DNA of 64,000 nucleotides from Octopus vulgaris (taxonomy: Eukaryota). The position numbers and the translations under genes are program-made. The DNA is taken from assembly GCA_951406725.2 (NCBI GenBank), contig OX597817.1, forward strand, positions 44,268,001-44,332,000. The letters are read 5' to 3'. Below are positions 13,020 to 25,548 of the stretch, piece after piece; the stretch's first letter is position 1, and the number at the start of each line of letters is the position of its first letter. The notes beneath the pieces were generated by a model. It was not told where the DNA came from and did not search any database. It worked only from the letters and a program-made list of their open reading frames with translations.

Positions 13020-13593
13020 TACAAGACTTCAGTATGAAGAAATGAAAATGTTATGTCGTTTTTAAATTGATATAGTGACATTATTTTCTAGTTCAGTATT
13101 AAAATCAGAACACTTCCTCTGTTGAATAAAATGAATTACTTCTGACGTACAAAACAATCATCAGAGCCGCGTGTAGGAGGCGAAAGACCAGCTAAGCGGT
13201 ATGGTAGCTGGTTCCCTGCGAAGTTTTTCTTTTTTCATATCAGACTGGCGCATTTCGTGAAAGTTTTCGCTCGCTTCTTAAATGCCATGACATCGGATTA
13301 GTGACTTCATCTAATTGGTATACGAGATTCCCATTGTCTGCTGATTTATTTCTGAGAGACATTTTGGTATCTGTTTTATCAACTCAAAACATGTAATCAA
13401 CTTGTGCCATTCCTGCAACATTTGCTAGCATTGAACCCTGCAAGGATCTACGACCCTGGTCAGTGGGTAATGTTGTGATCTTGGTCAATTATGCGCCATG
13501 GAAACCGGATAGCCAATTTTACGAGTCTTAGGGCTCAAGAATAAAGAAAAAAGGATTAATTTTAGTATTTATTCCAACTCATAAATTGCTGAA

Positions 13594-13887
13594 GTGGAGG
13601 CACATCGCCTAATGGATAGTGCAGCGGACTCGCGGTCGAGGGATCGCGGGTTCGAATCTCAGACCCAGCGATGTGTGTGTTTATGAGCGAAACACCTAAG
13701 CTCCACGCGGATCCGGCAGAAGGTAATGGCGAACTTCTGCTGACTTTCGCCACAACTTTCTCTCACCTTTTGCTCCTGCATCTTACAACTCACCTGAGAC
13801 GGACCAGCGTGCCGTCCAGGTGGGTAACCTATACGCCAAGGAAACCGGCCCTAATGAGCCAGGCGTGGCTCGAGAAGGAACAAACAA
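13594..13887 (+). mobile_element. SINE family C, paralogous copy within a local duplication
   Basis: Same head, body and tail, and the same AAATTGCT flanks, as 10955-11257. Confidence 0.88.
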
Positions 13888-13979
13888 CAAATTGCTAAAT
13901 GTTAGTAAAGCATGATTAATGTTTGAAAAAAACGGATCATCGAATGTATTGAAAGCCAATATGTATACATATATACACG

Positions 13980-14082
<103 letters not shown>

Positions 14083-14988
14083 CCTTTGAAATCATGATGC
14101 TGCATCTGTTGCCCGAGTGAAAATCTCTTAATAGATATGCTAAAAGGTTAATATATATCGCAGAGAGATAACCTTCTTTAGAGCGGTGAATCACGAGGAC
14201 GTATTTCGTTCTGTTTGTCGGTTGTCACTCAGCTGTAGAAATGAGTTGCAACGTCACTGGTGCCAAGCTACGAGTATATCGCGTGTTTTTCTAGTTTCTC
14301 GGTGAGAGTTGAAACTAGAACCAACTACTGAGATGCACTAGCATGAAAAACACATTTCGGTTTTGCTATCTTCTGCACCACATCCACTGCTGTGTTGTCA
14401 TTCTATGCAGTAACGAAGATCTATACATTTTCCGCCACCTTCCCCTCGATTTATAATGAATATAACTTCAGTAACTACATGTACTACATCTAATCATGTG
14501 AACGATAACACTGATAAAGTATTGAACTTGAAGGTAATTAACGTTATCATATCCTCCTCTCCAGATAGAATTCATATAAATCATCATCATGATGTTATCT
14601 ATATATTAGAGAATTAATTGAAATGATATCATCTTCGTATCACATATGTCATTATCTCTAATAATTTTTCGCTATACATTAATGCTATTTACACAGAAGC
14701 GGAGGCTTCTTTGTTTCAGCTTAACTATCAAAACATTCTAGATTACTTACATATTCATAATTGGTAAATTTGTGCTAGATGGCGTGACTGTGTAATGGAT
14801 GGTAATATTGTTATAGAGATAGGACTATTTGATAGTAACTGTGCAAGAACTTACTGTCTGGTAGTAACGACCGCGAACGTGATCTATATTGATAGCTCTA
14901 CTTTTACTAGTGTGTATATAGTGATAACATTGTGTTTAGTATCATTGCACCCGTTACAACACCCTGGACTACTTTCACTGTTCTTATA

Positions 14989-15405
14989 TATTTCTTTACT
15001 GCCAACAAGGGGCTAAACATAGAGGGGATAAACAAGGACAGACAAAGGGATTAAGTCGATTACATCGACCCCAGTGCGTAACTGGTACTTAATTTATCGA
15101 CCTCGAAAGAATGAAAGGCAAAGTCGACCACGGCGGAATTTGAACTGAGAACGTAACGGCAGGCGAAATACCTATTTCTTTACTACCCACGAGGGGCTAA
15201 ACACAGAGGGGACAAACAAAGACAGACAAACGGATTAAGTTGATAATATCGACCCCAGTACTCAACTGATACTTAATTTATCGACCCCGAAAGGATGAAA
15301 GGTAAAGTCGACCTCGGCAAAATTTGAACTCAGAACGTAACGACAGACGAAATACGGCTACGCATTTCGCCCAGCGTGCTAACGATTCTGCCAGTCCGCT
15401 GCCGT
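14989..15405 (-). mobile_element. SINE family A, dimeric
   Basis: Two tandem units of the GCCTTTCAT(T/C)CTTTCG(A/G)GGTCGATAAATTAAGTA block. Flanked by an imperfect direct repeat of about 105-111 bp. Confidence 0.9.
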
Positions 15406-15945
15406 CATCGTGATCTATATTGATAGCTCTACTATTATTAGTGTGTATATAACATTGTGTTTAGTATCACGGCGCCCGCTACAACACCCCGGACTACTTT
15501 CACTGTTCTTATAACCTTCACTTGCTTTCGCACTGTATCGCTGCTAATTTCTACCACTATCTCTGATACCAGTGACTTTATTAACAATAGGACCTCATTT
15601 AGTATAGTTTTTAGTATAATAATTACCTTTGTTAACAATTTTCTAGTATTAATACCTATATTATCGCCATAGTCGGTGTCTTTATAACCAAATCTGTTCT
15701 AAGTGCCTCTTAACTCCTTTATATGCTGTGAAGGAGTTGCAAGTGAATGCTGTTTATGAGTTGCACTTAACTTTAGTATTCTTGACTACTGAATGTATGT
15801 GTGATACGCTGAGGATTTTGCTTTTGATGTTTCGTTGCATTTGATATTTTCAAGCATTACTGCTGGCAGAAAGAGAAGTAACTCCGGTTGCGGAGATAAG
15901 TTTCCAAATGATTTAAATAAACGTGAAGTAGATGTGCAGCAACAT

Positions 15946-16174
15946 AGGCGGCGAGCTGGCAGAAACGTTAGCACGCCGGGCGAAATGCTTAGCGGTATTT
16001 CGTCTGCGTTACGTTCTGAGTTCAAATTCCGCCGAGGCCGACTTTGCCTTTCATCCTTTCGGGGTCGATAAATTAAGTACCAGTTACGCACTGGGGTCGA
16101 TGTAATCGACTTAATACCTATGTCTGTCCTTGTTTGTCCCCTCTATGTTTAGCCCCTTGTGGGTATTAAAGAGA
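15946..16174 (+). mobile_element. SINE family A, full length and young
   Basis: AGGCGGCGAGCTGGCAGAAACGTTAGC (A-box-like), GAGTTCAAATTCC (B box) and central GCCTTTCATCCTTTCGGGGTCGATAAATTAAGTACCAG. Perfect 17-bp TSD TAGATGTGCAGCAACAT (15929-15945, 16175-16191). Confidence 0.93.
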
Positions 16175-16478
16175 TAGATGTGCAGCAACATGCCGGGAAA
16201 TGTTAGGAGATTGTGGGTGCATCATCCTCTAAGTACGCGGTTGCCTGTATGTTTTATACAAGTGTAGGAAGGTCGAGTGCGTATAAATTAAGTAAATTTA
16301 CAGGGTTGGCTTGCTCTTGTATTCCAGCCGGGAAATTGGAGATTTCTGGAAGTCTCGTTGTATAGGGAAAAAGTTTGACGATCTGAGAAGTAGTTTAATA
16401 ACTTTTACGTTGTCCTGTAAGGTATTTTTGACCTCTGTTTTAAGTGTGGCTAGCAGAGGATGAAGAGAGACTTTAAAG

Positions 16479-16612
16479 CAGTGTTTCTCAACCTTTTTAC
16501 CCTTGCATAACCCTTGAAATAAATTACATGTCTTAAGGAACTCCTGCGAAAAAAAAAAAAAATTATATACCATACCTTTCACATTTTTTCATCGTAGTTC
16601 ACGTGGTAAATA

Positions 16613-16647
<35 letters not shown>

Positions 16648-17232
16648 GCTACTCTTTTACTCTTTTACTTGTTTCAGTTATTTGACTGTGGCCATGCTGG
16701 AGCACCGCGTTTAGTCGAGCAAATCGACCCTATGACTTATACTTTGTAAGCCTAGTACTTATTCCATCGGATCCTTTCGCCGAACCGCTAAGCTACGGGG
16801 ACGTAAACACACCAGCATCGGTTGTCAAGTGATGTTGGGAGGACAAACTCAGACACACAAACATACGCACACATACATATATATAGATATATACGCCGTC
16901 TACCAAATCCACGCACAAGGCTTTGGTCAGCCCGACACTATAGTAGAAGACACTTGCTCAAAGTGCCACGCAGTAGGACTGAACCCGGAACCATGTGGTT
17001 CGTAAGCAAGCTACTTACCACACAGCCACTCCTATGCCTGTTATATTTTTTGATAACATAATAGATTAGGTAGGATGATGTCTATATTACAATAACCAAT
17101 AATATGTTGTGCATGTATCGTAATATTACGATCATGAAATTAGCATTAGCTTATCTCACTCTTTCTCGCAGAACCCTTAGGAACCTTTTGCGGAACCCTA
17201 GGGTTCCGAGGAACCCCGGCTGAGAAACGCTG
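16479..17232. mobile_element. hAT (Charlie-like) non-autonomous DNA transposon with a nested SINE
   Basis: TIRs CAGTGTTTCTCAACC / GGCTGAGAAACGCTG; 8-bp TSD CTTTAAAG / CTCTAAAG; subterminal GGAACCC repeats. Confidence 0.85.
16650..17039 (-). mobile_element. SINE family B nested in the hAT MITE
   Basis: Family B tail-to-head on the minus strand. Confidence 0.88.
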
Positions 17233-17862
17233 CTCTAAAGCAAAGAAGTAAAAACGATGCATCTAGGAGTGTTTTGCATTTTTGTTGTTGAAAGCAGCAT
17301 ATACTTGCTGATAGGTTTGTGTACTTACAGAAGAGGCTGCTTTAGGACTGTAAAAGATTAGCATTTTTATAATTTGTAAGGATGTGTATTGAAGTGCGAT
17401 ATGTCTGTATTGAGCTGCTTCCGTTTTATTTTGTAAAGTTTTAGAATTTTATTCCATTGACATGAATAGTTGTAGATGTGGATGCTAGGGGAAAGTAATT
17501 CCGAGATGTTTTAGGTGTATGTTTGTGATTTTAACTACCTGGAGGTGATTGAGCTTTTAGATTATTATTTTAATGTATAGATGTTTGACGTCATGAATAG
17601 GTAAAAAGAAAATGCCATCTAAGTCGAAACTATGTGTTTTTGTCCGCGTTGCAATCTTTTTTTGTGTACTCTTCTTCTTTGGTGAGCGATTTTTGAGAAA
17701 TGTCAGATAAAGTGTTTAATTGAAATTAATATATCATCTGAGGCGCTTTGTGAAATAAATAGCGTCGCTAGTAAAGAGAAGACAGCGAGGAAGTGACTCA
17801 CACCGAGCGACTTTTTTTATGAGGACGACACTGTGAGTCTGTTGTAGACGCCTCTATAATAT

Positions 17863-18066
17863 TCTTTACTACTCTAAGCACAAGGCCCGAAATTTTGGGG
17901 GAGGGGGCCAGTCGATTAGATCGACCCCAGTACGTAACAGATACTTAAATTATCGACTCTTGAAAGGATGAAAGGCAAAGTCGTCCTCGGCGGAATTTGA
18001 ACTCATAACATAAAGGCAGACGAAATATCACTAAGCATTCCACTCGTTTCTACCAGCTCGCCGCCT
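17863..18066 (-). mobile_element. SINE family A with alternative tail
   Basis: Family A head at 18066 and tail GGCCTTGTGCTTAGAGTAGT; direct repeat TAGACGCCTCTAT on both sides. Confidence 0.88.
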
Positions 18067-18150
18067 TAGACGCCTCTATTATATGTTTGCTGAAGGGCTG
18101 CTCCGGGAGACGCATACTCCAGCTCCGCAAATAAGTGACCATTGTTGCTG

Positions 18151-18428
18151 TCTTCTTCTTCTTCTTCTTCTTCTTCTTCTTCTTCTTCTTCTTCTTCTTC
18201 TTCTTCTAGGGTCTGAAACTTTACCACACCATAGTGGGTTACACCATGATTCCTCTGTTTTTTGGCAGAAGTAGGAAGAGTGAGAGAAAGTTGTGGTGAA
18301 GGAGTACAGAGGGGTTCCTGCCACCGCCGGAGATTCATAGAGCTTAGGTGTTTTTGCTTAATAAACACTCACAATGCCCAGTCTGGGACTCGAAACCGCG
18401 TACTTACAACCGTGAGTCCGCTACCCTT
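18151..18428 (-). mobile_element. SINE family E, internally truncated, (GAA)n tail
   Basis: Minus strand has a tRNA-like GGTTTCGAGTCCCAGAC, then CCACAACTTTCTCTCACTC, GGTGTGGTAAAGTTTCAGACCCTAG and (AAG)n. Confidence 0.8.
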
Positions 18429-18740
18429 ACTACCGATGTTGTTGTTGACAGCGATCGCAATTAGTCAACGTACTACTTTACTGTTAGTTTTGTAGTTTAA
18501 TGGGTAAAATAGTTGTAAGTTTTCAGTTTCTCCATGGTTTTTCATGTAATTTCCTCGCTTAGTTGTTTGATGTTGTGTTATATTACGGTTGTATTTGGTG
18601 TTCGTGAATTGTTTTCGAGGTTGTTTCTGGTTTTATGAGACTGATTATTTCTGGTGTCTCGTTAGAATCGTATTTATTTTTGTTGATGTCTTGTGGAATA
18701 CATTATTCACCTGGTGTATACCTTTCGCTGACTATCTATA

Positions 18741-18811
<71 letters not shown>

Positions 18812-18898
18812 TCTATCTATTTATTTATCTATGTATGTATGTATGTATGTATGTATGTATGTATGTATGTATGTATGTATGTATGTATCTATCTATCT

Positions 18899-19593
18899 GT
18901 CACGCCTCCTTCCTTCAAACGGGAAGGAAGAGCTATTTTCATCATCCTTATGGCTATGGCGAAAGAATGTATCTGGTGGACGCGTCTGAAAGGATTGGAG
19001 ACAAACACTTTCTTCTCTGGTCAATCTCTCATCAACTTCTTCAAGTACCACTTGAAAAGGAAAGTGAGAGTAGAGAGGCAAGTTTGGTCTAGCGAATGTT
19101 TTAAAAAAAGATGGGTGAATGTAGCAAGGATGGCACGTGTAAATGACGAAGCCACCTTGAGCATAATCCTATGAACCCAGAAATTGAAAACAGAGGGTTA
19201 CTCACTTGCAAACAAATGTGGTAACATATAACAATATTGACCGAGGTTACCGTGGTTTTTTTCGTAGGCTTTTCTTCCCACGGATAAACCTTATCTGCTT
19301 CCCCCTTTACACAATACATCATGACACTGTGATACACGATCCCTATTGATCGTTTTTTTTCCTCTTCCCCTTTTTTCTTCCTTTTTCCTTTTTCTTTTCT
19401 TTTGTTTCTTTTCCTTTTTTCTTCTTTTTTTTCTTTTTTTTTCTTTTTTCTCTTTTACGATCCCTTTTGATCGAAAACCTACGCCACTTTTTTTTGTTTC
19501 TTTTGTTTTTTGTTTTTCTCATCCCCCAAAAGAAAAGCTCTACCTTGTAATTTGTCCCATCTGTGTGCAGCCCTGTGTGGCCAATAAAGAAAC
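18899..19593 (+). mobile_element. 5'-truncated L1/Tx1-clade-like LINE (ORF2 C-terminus plus 3' UTR)
   Basis: Open frame to TGA at 19174 reading VTPPSFKREGRAIFIILMAMAKECIWWTRLKG...LINFFKYHLKRKVRVERQ...FKKRW, like the Tx1 ORF2 tail (AK..IW..R / F...W). T-rich 3' UTR and AATAAA at 19583. Confidence 0.72.
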
Positions 19594-19945
19594 TTATCTA
19601 TTATCTTTATATATATATACACACACAATAAACAGTGCAGTACTATTGAATTTGCTGTTAAATTCTGATTTTATTTCTTGCTAGATCCCGTTCAATTGCG
19701 CATTTATGATATTTCTAGAAGAGTTCTATCTTTCTTCGTTGATGTGCACGTATGTTATAATGTTAATTGGCAGAGGGTCTGATGAATATTGAGGAGTTGA
19801 TGAATGCTGAGTCACCTGATAGTAAATCAAAACCATTTAATTCCAAGATTTATTTATGTTTAACAACTGAATGAATTTAATAAAAGCATCTAAATATGAA
19901 ACATCATGAAAATTCAATTCTATATTTAAAAGATGAGGAATGATG

Positions 19946-20172
19946 TACTTTATTTACATCATTTACATTTGACGGATATTTGTCCTCATCTTGTTTGTTG
20001 TTAACACAACGTTTCGGCTGAGATACCCTCCAGCCTTCATCAGGTGTCCTAGGGAAATCCAGGTTCGAAATTTCCCCAAGACACCTGGAGGGTATATCAG
20101 TCGAAACGTTGTGTTAACAACAAACAAGATGAGGACAAATATCCGTCAATTGTAAATAATGTAAATAATGTA
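19946..20172. mobile_element. Palindromic Penelope-like pseudo-LTR relic
   Basis: Imperfect inverted arms of about 100 bp around 20060-20068; one arm carries a hammerhead core; possible 9-bp flanking repeat ATCATGAAA (19903-19911, 20172-20180). Confidence 0.7.
20003..20048 (-). ncRNA. Minimal type I hammerhead ribozyme motif
   Basis: Minus strand reads GACAC-CUGAUGA-A-GGCUG(GAGGGUAUCU)CAGCC-GAAAC-GUU-GUGUU: stem I 5 bp with one G.U, intact core boxes, 5-bp stem II, and palindromic AACGUU in place of stem III. Confidence 0.75.
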
Positions 20173-20276
20173 TCATGAAAGTTATTCAAACTGAAGTCCT
20201 TCTTGAGCGATACGTTTTCCCATTCGAGTCAATATAGAATTACAGATAGCATTTATTATATATATATAAAAGGTGA

Positions 20277-20475
20277 AGGCCCCCTTCGATCATGAATGAC
20301 CATGGAATTGGGGATTGCTCTTAGAAATCTTCGAGGCACAAGTCCGGGAAAGCTTTTTATGGAAGACCAGAAATTCATCCATGCATACCAGTCACCCCTC
20401 TCCACACCACCGACATTGTCCAAGGGAAAGACGAAGGCGATATAGCTTGGCACCAGTGACATTGCAACTAATTTC
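20277..20475 (-). mobile_element. SINE family D, 3' portion
   Basis: Reverse complement of the 3' half of 23555-23882 (GTCACTGGTGCCAAGCT...GGTCATTCATGA..GAAGGGGG). Confidence 0.8.
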
Positions 20476-20604
20476 TATATACACATTCTATAATTTGCAT
20501 TTATAATAAAATAAATATATGCAAATTCTATAATTTGTATATATTTATTTTATTATAAATGCAAAACAACACCACGGAGGAATCGACGTAAGCGTAAATA
20601 ATCA

Positions 20605-21250
20605 TTTCTACTCTAGGCAGAAAGCCGGAAATTATTGGGGAGGGGGCTAGTCGATTTGATCGACCCCATTACGCAACTGGTACTTAATTTATCGACCCCG
20701 AAAGGATGAAAGGCAAAATCCACCTTGGTGGAATTTGAACTCATAACGTAAAGACAGACGAAAAACCGCTAAGCATTTCGCCGGGCGTGTTAACGTTTCT
20801 TATTTCTTTATTGCCCATATGGGACTAAACATAGAGTGTACAAACAAGGACAGACAAAGGGATTAAGTCGATTGCATCGACTCCAAAGAAGGATGAAAGG
20901 CAAAGTCGACCTCGGCGGAATTTGAACTCAGAACGTAACGGCAGACGAAATACCGCTAAGCATTTCGCCCTGCGTGCTAACGTTTCTGTCCTTTCGAGGT
21001 CGATTAAATAAGTACCAGTTACGTACTGGGGTCGATATAATCGATTTAATCCGTTTATCTATCCTTGTTTGTCCTCTCTGCGTGTAGCCCCTTGTGGGTA
21101 GTAAAGAAATAGGTAATTATTTGGTCGACCCTGAAGAGATGTAAGGCAAAGTCAGCCTCGGCGGACTTTGAACTCTGAACGTAAAAATGGAGGAAATGTT
21201 GCAAAGCATTTTTTCCCGATGTGTTAACGATTCTGCCAGTTTGCCTCCTG
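20605..21250. mobile_element. Cluster of SINE family A units in both orientations
   Basis: Minus-strand dimer at about 20605-20990, plus-strand 3' fragment at about 20990-21113, older minus fragment at about 21120-21250. Confidence 0.85.
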
Positions 21251-23045
21251 GAGATAAGACTAATATCGTTTTTCTCTGTTGCTATACAAATACTAAACTA
21301 CCAATCAGCCAGCCAGCTAACAGGCCAACTAACCAGCCAACCAACCAACCGATCATTGGGATCAGAAAGGAACTGCAGGACCATCAATACCATTCCTAAT
21401 TGCTATTAGCACAAACAAGCTTTGCCATAACTAAATTCAGCCTAAGACCACATTCATTATCGCCTCACTCCCACCACAACCAAAAACACCATTAACATTG
21501 CCAACATTCAAACAGTAGTCCCGACATCGGCAGCGTAGCCATCTCTGTATTTACCATCACCACCACCAGCCACCACTCACCACATTTAAATCACTGCTTC
21601 CAGTAGAAAGGCCATGAGTATCACCAACAGATTCTACCGCAGGAAAGACCGCCGCCACCATAACGTTATTAACATAACAATAAGTACAGAGCGATCTGTG
21701 CACAAAATCGTAGCAGCAGAACAGCTCAGGCCTGTAATCTCGTTAAGAACATTGTTTAATTGCCTCAGTGTGTGTAATGTGTGAAGTGTATAGTGAGATG
21801 TATTCAAAGAGCAGAGCATAAAATCTACATTCCAACCGACACAGCGCTCAGTAGAATCATTGCTAAATGAATTAGTTTCCCTTCCACATCTATTTGTTCT
21901 TTCAATATTTTCTCCGCCTTCTGACAAAAATATTTACAATTATTTCTGTCCAACTCTCTTGCTCCCTCCTTTTCCTCCCATCTTTTCTGCTCTGCATTTG
22001 TATTCATCTCGTTTCTTTCCTTTTATTTTTTTTACCATTGCTCCTTTCGACTTTTCATTTTCAACGCCTTTTGCCCATGGAATGAATAAATTAATTTCAG
22101 TCTTTGTCAAATATGTTATGGTCATATCAAATGGTGTTTGTTGCTTATATGCAAATATCAACCTGTTTGACTTTCTTTTGTAAATATTTGGTTTTTGTTT
22201 CCATTCTGGAGCGATTCTTTAAATAAATATGGAAATAATAAACAAAAAGTACAAAAGGATAAGAAAGAGACGAGAAAACCAAACACAAAACGAATGATAT
22301 TTCTTTGGAATACACGTGGGAATTTTTATGTAAGCGAAGGGAAGAGCTATAAATGGCATAATCAAGTCAACTAACATACATATACGTATTTTATCGCCCT
22401 GAGTATGTTCAAAGATAGATATAATCCCATTTGGATTTGAACGTAAGACTATAAGGTGGTGAACAAAATATCAGCAGGCGGTTTGTCACGGTTTCAATAT
22501 CAAAAAAGACATGACGAAGAAGAAAAAAAAACGAAATATTGTTTGCATTTAGATAATGGAATATTTTGAAAATAGCAAACTAGGTTCTATTCTATTCTGG
22601 GAATAATGGTAAAGGAACTGTATTGACATTTCTACTTTTGGGCGATTCTTTGTTTGTTGCTGTTCTATGAACTAATATTCCCTGAAGAAAAGTGTTCTCA
22701 ATATCAATTCTTTCATAGTATTGTTTTCTAAATCCAATAGTATACATTTTAGAGCTGATGCTGTGTTTTGAATATTATTATATGAAGAAGATGAGAAATA
22801 ATTCACCCTGGATAAATCGCTAATCTATCGTATGTTATTGTTTGAGACAAAATGCCATGCAGTATCTATTCAGTCTCTTTAACATTCTGGCTTCAAATCC
22901 CGTGGAGATCAACTTTGCCTTTCATTCCACAGAGATCAATAAAATGGAGTACCAGTCATATACTTACCAGTGGTTACAGCTTTAGACAGTATCGATATCA
23001 AATAGATTATCTACCTATATTAGGAACAATTATTATATGTATGTA

Positions 23046-23196
23046 AGCGAAAGCGTGGCTGTATGGTTAGAAGTTTGTTTTCCAGCCATATGGTTTCAGG
23101 TTCAGTCCCACTGCGTGTCACCTTGAGTTGTCTTCTACTGTAACTTCGGGCCGACGAAAGTGGATTTGGTAGACGGAAACTGAATGAAACCCGTCT

Positions 23197-23267
<71 letters not shown>

Positions 23268-23470
23268 GTGTGTGTGTGTGTGAGTTCCTATGTGTGGTTT
23301 TATTTGTCCCGCATCACCAACCGACTGATGTTGGCGGGTTTACGTCCCCGTAACTTGCGGTAGCAGGTTTAAAATGTAGAAGAGATCTGGGGTCGATTCT
23401 TTCGACTAAAATTATTCAAGACGGTGCCCCAGCATGACCGCAGTTTGATGTCTGAAACAAATAAATGAAA
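23046..23470 (+). mobile_element. SINE family B, older copy
   Basis: GTGGCTGTATGGTTAGAAG...GGTTCAGTCCCACTGCGTG...(TA)n...CCAGCATGACCGCAG...GAAACAA. Confidence 0.82.
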
Positions 23471-23554
23471 GAACGTCAACGATGATTGAGCAGAGGTGAC
23501 TAGTTCAAATGTGACCTTAATGTCATTATACATTTAGCTCTAAGTTATGAAACG

Positions 23555-23882
23555 TGAAAGCGCATGGCTTAGTGGTTAGAGCGTAGAGCTTTCGATCGTG
23601 AGGTTGTGAGCTCGATTCCCGGACCGGGCTGTGTGGTGTATTCTTGAGCAAGACACTTTATTTCACGTTGCTCCATTTAACTCATCTGTAGACATCACTG
23701 GTGCCAAGCTGTATCGGCCTTTGCCTTTCCTTTGGATAACATCAGTGGTGCGGAGAGGGGAGGCATGGCATGGTATGCATGGGGGGCTGCTAGCCTTTCA
23801 CAAACAATCTTGCCTTGACTTTTGCCTTGGAAGGTAACTTTCTAGGTGCAATCCCATGGTCATTCATGACTGAAGGGGGTCT
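23555..23882 (+). mobile_element. SINE family D, full length
   Basis: tRNA head TGGCTTAGTGGTTAGAGC (A box) and AGCTCGATTCCC (B-box-like), TTCTTGAGCAAGACACTT block, end GAAGGGGGTCT. Confidence 0.86.
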
Positions 23883-24388
23883 CCTATTTATGTTGTCAAA
23901 CAGAAGGCAACGAATTGGCAGGCAGAGTTGTTAGATCGTTAGTTAAATTGCATTCGCTGCATTTGTTATGACTCTAACCGCTGTGTTCAAATCCTGTCTT
24001 TCATCATTTTGGGGTCGACGAAAAAGTAACAATTAGGGTAGTGGGATGGAAAATTCAAAGAACGACGAATCAAGTGCCTATATTTGGCCACTTTGCGTTC
24101 TGCGTTCGGATCACGAAATGGTCTACTTGAGCGGCAGATTTAATTCATCGCCTGGTTTACTATATAGCAACTTTGGTGCTATTAGCATAGTTCACTCTGT
24201 TGCAAACTTTCTGGGCGGCTCCCCAGTTGAAGGATACCATCCTCCCTCCCACTTTCTCCCTCCCACCAGTCTCAAAGTGTCGAGAGAACTGTCTTATCCC
24301 CCGACAAAACGAGAAAATAATGTGTCCATCCTTTATGAAAGAGAGGTGGTGGGGGTCTTCTATCTCATATGTATGAAACCTGATGATC

Positions 24389-24765
24389 CCCGCTGTACTC
24401 TTTCATCACAACTTTCTCTTACTCTTTCTTCCTACTTCTGCCACAAAGCAGAGGAACCATGGTATGGTATGGTATGGTAAAACTTTCAGACCCTAGTCTA
24501 GATTGCGAATTCTCTGTACCCCAGGATGGTTCAGCTCTCCACCTATTAAAGCCACCGTTTACGGAATGAGAATAACAACGTAGCTTTGCGCCTGTGCAAC
24601 CGCCAGTCTATCGCGGTGGTGGGTGGATCTTCATGTTGCCACACGCATTCTTAGAAGCTTAAAGTAGGCGTGAGTCCTGATTAGAAGAAGTAGAAGAAGA
24701 AGAAGAAGAAGAAGAAGAAGAAGAAGAAGAAGAAGAAGAAGAAGAAGAAGAAGAAGAAGATGAAG
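24389..24765 (+). mobile_element. SINE family E, 5'-truncated, long (GAA)n tail
   Basis: Colinear with about 33855-34173. Confidence 0.85.
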
Positions 24766-25124
24766 ACAGCAAGAAAGCATGCGTGTGGTTTCTCGATTCG
24801 TTAGAAATAGTAGTCAACTCTCACCTAAATATCAGCTTATTGATGAAAGAAAGACAAGAAACTAAAGAAGAAGAAGAACAACAACAACAAGAAAGCATCT
24901 GTGTGGTTTCTGGATTCGTTAGAACTCTCTCCTAAACATTAGCTTATTTTATAAAACTAGGTTTGAAATTGGATAATATAGCCTTAGGTACAGAATTTTT
25001 GATGAAGAGAGATGATGACAGTGGTTAAGGACTAAAGAATAACATTTATTAAATCTGTATCAATAAAGAGTGTGGATTGACAGAATCCTTAAAACTGGGG
25101 GCAGAAAGAAGCACAGAATGTGAT

Positions 25125-25342
25125 ATTGGTTTCTAATTTTTACATGAGACCAGCAATTCCGGGAGAGGGGCATAAGTTGATTACATCCGCCCCAGAGCTC
25201 AATCAGTACTTATTTTATCGACCCCGAAAATAGGAAAGGCAATGTCGACCTCGGCCAAATAGGAACTCAAAATGTAAAGACTGACGATATGCCGCTACGC
25301 ATTTTGCCCGACGTGCTAACGCTTCTGTCAGCTCACTGTCTT
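25125..25342 (-). mobile_element. SINE family A, older copy
   Basis: TTTATCGACCCCGAAA..GGAAAGGC and GTGCTAACGCTTCTGTCAGCTC. Confidence 0.8.
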
Positions 25343-25467
25343 ACAGAACGTAATATTATTTAGAAAACGAATAATAAAGAGCAGCCATTACGGTATGACC
25401 GTTTTTGTAATTTGCAGCTGTTTTGGTTTACATACATGTGTGTGTATGTACATACTTACATACAAAC

Positions 25468-25548
<81 letters not shown>

